In this document: in pieces, positions 54,001 through 57,957 of the stretch
Numbering within the stretch: the stretch's first letter is position 1
Layout of the letters: each line of letters opens with the position of its first letter
Assembly: GCA_907165135.1 (NCBI GenBank)
Contig: CAJRAX010000006.1
Coordinates: forward strand, 1-57,957
Reading direction: 5' to 3'
DNA: 57,957 nt
DNA from: Oikopleura dioica
Lineage: Eukaryota > Animalia > Chordata
Program-made: the position numbers and the translations under genes
The notes under the pieces: model-generated
What the model saw: only the letters and a program-made list of their open reading frames with translations
Databases searched by the model: none
Told to the model about the DNA's origin: nothing

Positions 54001-54459
54001 CTTCTTCTCTGCAGGCACAGATACAGGAAGGGCGAGAATTCAATCTGTCACTATATTTATTTTCAAAATTCATCGCCTAGTAAGTCCCAAGCTTTCTGCA
54101 TGATAATTACCTTTTATCCATCTATCGAATAGTCATTATTATCTGGAACTTCATGAGCAATGCGAGTGTTTTCATCATCTTTCGATACCTGTTTTCGATT
54201 TCGCAGACTGTCGTTACAGGTTTTTTTGGTCTACTTGATTATTTATAGACAATTATTAGCACGAAAGCGTGAGTTTGAAGAAAGCATCAGACAAAAACAT
54301 ATCGTTGAAAGAAATGTTCATTCGAATGAAGTTGTAAAACACGTCCCTATCCCTAAACCAAGAAGACCGAGGAATGAGCTTCGAGAGGAAGAAATCACCG
54401 CGAGAAGAAATCAATATGGAAATCATCGAGTTCGTTATATGCACAATATTCATCTTTAA
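51050..54459 (+). CDS. Two-pore-domain K+ channel-like protein (~1,050 aa) with ~750-aa extracellular insertion containing 2 TSP1 repeats; degenerate filters
   Basis: M1 YILVGAYIFSLLE..E; P1/M2 WNYKNSLFY..EPFTTSGKVF.VFYSLVGI; M3 hydrophobic; P2 EGWSFGDSVYY; M4 YRIVIIIW; TSP1 WTSWADWGSCSSSCG..RQRSRSC and WSNWSDCSETCG..YRNRKC. ORFs 51050, 51337, 51695 and 52739 are joined by in-phase GT-AG introns. Confidence 0.75.
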
Positions 54460-54538
54460 TAAACTCTTCTTACTAACTCCTAATATTTACTCTGCGCTTT
54501 GCTATTTGTTCTGATTTGTGTTTTTATTGAAAAAAGAG

Positions 54539-55055
54539 ATGGCTAGAGCCTGGATAAAAAAGAAAATTTTACTGTTACCGCTGCCAGTATGAACAATTTT
54601 CAACTGACTATCAGAAGTACGAAATTGATTGTAGATCTTGTGGGGAGAGATTGTTTGAAATTGAAGAAGAACGTGAATATCACGGTGATGGGCGGCTTTT
54701 TGGATATTATAAATGCATATGTGGGAGGTGGTGGGAAAGCGCTTATGCTCAACTTGCTATTTCATCAGTCCCCGCACTTCCTCAGCCTCAAAGGAACAAT
54801 TTTCATACGAGTTCACAACCACATGGAAATCCGACAACCACCAGAAGAACGAATATGCGTCATGACCGATATACTGAGCCTGTCTACACAAACCAGCCGC
54901 TATCTTATTCAACTTTTCCTTATTCATCCACAGTTTCAACAAGAACAGCTCGAAACAATGAAGAAGATTGCTCCTGTTGCCAGTGTCTTTTCTGTATATG
55001 CAAGTGCTTTTGCGGACTAATAGTTATTACTTTCATCACGAATATCATTAATTAG
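54539..55055 (+). CDS. Small Cys-rich protein with partial 3CxxC/ZAR1-like motif and Cys-rich hydrophobic tail (5' end tentative)
   Basis: RLFGYYKCICGRWWESAY; C-terminal CSCCQCLFCICKCFCGLIVITFI. The upstream exon YCYRCQ|SCG joins in phase but needs a 1-nt correction to reach the ATG at 54539. Confidence 0.45.
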
Positions 55056-55659
55056 TTTTAGCTAAAATCACTGACCCGCCTAATTTTTAGATTACTGATC
55101 TGTCCAATAAACATAAATAACAATTACTTGCATGAAACACATTTTAATAGTTTGTTCTTTGCTTGGTATGTTTTCCGTATGTCCGGGTGCCCCCCCCCCC
55201 AATTATATTTTCTAGCAGCGTGGAGAAGCGCCTTTTTAGAAGCGCTTATGTAATCCGGAGCCAATTGCGGGTTCTCGGTGGTGTAAGTTGTACCTGCTGG
55301 CGCTGGCACCGTCGTAAATACTACTGTACCTAGCGAAGGTGTAGTATGGAGCGGTGCAGTACTATTACGATTCTAGTGCTGAGCGAAGTCGCTCCAGTAG
55401 GTGGAGTTGGAGCCAAATCGCATGGAACAAGACGTTCAATCCTTGCCCGGATTATCAATTTTTCCGAGAAAAATTAACAGCAATAAAGCCAAGCTCTAAA
55501 TCCACCTAAATAAGACCTAAAACCCCAAGAGAAAAAATTCGAAGCTCTTAGAGAATCAAGAAGCCTTCTAAACTGGAAATAACTGAGAGGCCATGGTAAA
55601 TTACCGTTTCTAAAAGAGTAGAACTCGTCTGAGAACATCAACTATTCCAATTTGGGAAG

Positions 55660-57957
55660 ATGAAGAAGTTTTCTATATGTGGCTATATTCTAGTCACCTT
55701 GATAAATATTGCATGTTGTGAGAAAACCACAAATCCATACTTGCTCAAGGAATGTTAAAGAAATTAATATTTTAGTGTATCTTCAAAATACGTTAGGTGT
55801 AACAATTAAATTATCCCTGCTTTGTGTAAATATTTCTACCACTTATTGCATTAGGTGAGTATATTCAATCATAATGGAGAGCGGAAGAAAAATAGCCACA
55901 CTTAGCAAAGACGCTAACATTATTTTCACCATAACAAAAATTACTATCCAAAGGATTTCTAAAATGAACATAAGAATCAACGACAATCGTGCGTTTATAT
56001 TTCGTTAACACAACACAAGTTTCTTTATGATACGCAATCGAAATCGTCACCGAAATTCAACTTAGATGAATTTATTCAAGAGGACACACTATCTGGCTGG
56101 AGCAAGTGGACCGAGTGGTCGCAATGCTCGAAGCGTTGCGGCAGCGGGAGACGCATGCGTTATCGGACTTGCCGGACGAACCTCAAAGCTGCTTTCTCAA
56201 AATATTTAACTGGCGCAATTACCTTTCATCAATACCTAAAGGATCAGGTCGCACTCTAGCAATTATCTTAGTAGAAAACGCTCAAAACCAATATTTTCTA
56301 AAAAAGTGCAAACTATTATAAAAAAAAAGAACTAGAAAATGACGTTTTTTTGACCTTTGGTAAAGCGAACACCAACCTGCTTTGGCCAGCCTCTCGAATA
56401 CCTACCTTGCAACGTACACTCGTGTGGGTTGGCATGGAGCCAGTGGGAGTCCTGGTCTACCTGCTCAAAGACTTGTGGGTTTGGAGGTCAGCAGGCTCGT
56501 CTAAGATCATGCAAGCTCGAAAGTCCCAATTTCGGAGTAGCGAGTGGAGAATTTTCCGGAAATCTTGCGATGGAATTGTTTCTCAAGACATATTCAAAAT
56601 GCCAAGGAAATGGATTAGAAAGCCGAAAATGCTCTGTGAAAGTTTGTCCTGCTACGCATATCAAACAGAAAGCAGACTTATTGGAACGACTCAAGCCTAG
56701 AAGCGAGTCGTTTGAGCTCTCCAAGTCTGGATCCTTCGATTGGATGGACTTCTTGATGATCCAGACACTATCGAACGATATCAACTTTGATTTGTCAGCC
56801 GTTGTTGAGATCAACTTATCCGAAAAAGATAATCAATGGAGTGAGCATCTTCTCAACCTCTCTCAGCCCAGTTCACAAAAGCTCAATCTTTGTTACTCGG
56901 CCGTGTTTCTGTTGATGAAGATTATGTTGCACTTCTGATCAATTTCTCGAAAGATGAAGAAGGAAACGGTAAAAAGGCGCGAGTGCTGATAAGAGCGTCG
57001 GAAGAAGACTTGAAATGGAGACAAGCCGAGGTCGAAAATGGATTCAATATCAAGCTCCGCGAAAGCTTAGAAGCAAAAGGCTTCAAAGTTGGAGAAATTT
57101 CTGTAGATTCTGCAACGTCTACGCTCAATTTCTGCACGTTTTTCGGAGATTCGAAAAACGCGGAACCACAGTGCGAAAACGGCGGTTCGTGTTTCACTCG
57201 CAAAAGGGATGATCTGTCGCTGCCCGATCGAGTTTTACGGAGCTAAATGCCAGCATCAGCGATTCGCCCTCCCTTCGAAACCAGAATTTTTGACCGTCGT
57301 GGCAAATTTCAACGAAATCATCATCAAATGGCTGCCGATTTTCGAAGATTCAAGCAGCAATACAGTCATCGAAAGTTTGAAAGTGTCCATCGGAAGCGAT
57401 GTCTACAGTATTTCCGACTTTAATTCCAATCAGCTCAAGAAATCAATCGCTCCTGATACCGAAGTTGAACTAAAAATTCACGTTATCTACAAAAACGGAA
57501 TTATGGCTGAGTCTGAGGTTTACAACATTAGATCTGCTCCGGAACTTCAGAAGCCTGAGATTCTTGAGCGACTCTCAAATATTGTCAAAATGAAATTTGG
57601 TGACGACTCTCTTGTAGAAAGATATACAGTAATGCGCACATACAAAAAGAGGATTGGTAAAGACAGATACAGTGCGCCCATTTTCGAAGGTAGATCCGGA
57701 GAGATGAATGTTGTGCCCCAAATTGCATTTCCGAGTGGACGAGATGTTACTCTTGCGATTCAAGGCCAGACTGAATTCGGCTTGACTAACATCAAGGAAG
57801 TCACAATAAGAATAAAGCATGCAGCTCCTCTCTTTATTGCCGAAAAAATAAAAGTGGGAATCACTAAAGTGGAACTTTACTGGAAACAGGAAATGGACGA
57901 AGAAGATGCTTCCGTGAGTATGCTCAGCTAAGGTTACTTTCAAGCCAGGAAACTTTT
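55660..57957 (+). CDS. Extracellular multidomain protein: signal peptide?, 2 TSP1, SEA-like, EGF, multiple FN3; runs off the window; two compensating frameshifts
   Basis: WSKWTEWSQCSKRCG..RMRYRTC; WSQWESWSTCSKTCG; CENGGSC..CRCPIEFYGAKC; FN3-like PSKPEFLTV..IIIKW. The link from the putative signal peptide MKKFSICGYILVTLINIACC at 55660 to the exon at ~56081 is not resolved. Confidence 0.7.

Noticed and set aside
55124-55460. Short ORFs and an 11-C run (55190-55200)
   Set aside because: No recognisable domain or terminal repeats; homopolymer length is unreliable in this assembly.

Overview
Eukaryotic, extremely gene-dense DNA with about 24 protein-coding genes and mostly 30-100 nt introns. Splice-acceptor AGs sit 0-20 nt before many start codons, and several introns only splice in frame with non-canonical GA donors. 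Together with the chordate-like gene set, this points to the appendicularian tunicate Oikopleura (dioica or close relative); this is inference, not a database match. Exon chains were assembled by eye, so internal boundaries are approximate. Left to right: partial DUSP11-like RNA triphosphatase, ACAD8-like dehydrogenase, a ~2,800-aa dsRBD/zinc-finger/RS protein, nucleophosmin-like, DBHS (NONO/SFPQ-like), and a divergent YAP-like gene. Then eight co-oriented minus-strand genes: REXO4, a Cys/His+RGG protein, two UBE2J paralogs, LCLAT1, gamma-COP, PFKFB and an N-terminally short REV3. Then two tandem GRB2-like adaptors, a BTB-like gene, a K40-less alpha-tubulin, a two-pore K+ channel-like gene, a small Cys-rich gene and a TSP1-SEA-EGF-FN3 gene running off the window. 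Five MITE-like inverted-repeat elements are present. The standout is the K2P-like gene (51050-54459): the normally ~60-aa extracellular cap is replaced by ~750 aa containing two thrombospondin type-1 repeats, and both selectivity filters have lost the GYG/GFG signature. At least eight 1-nt frameshifts fall in homopolymer runs, six of them A5 where A6 is needed; these are most likely assembly errors. No rRNA, tRNA or CRISPR array was recognised.
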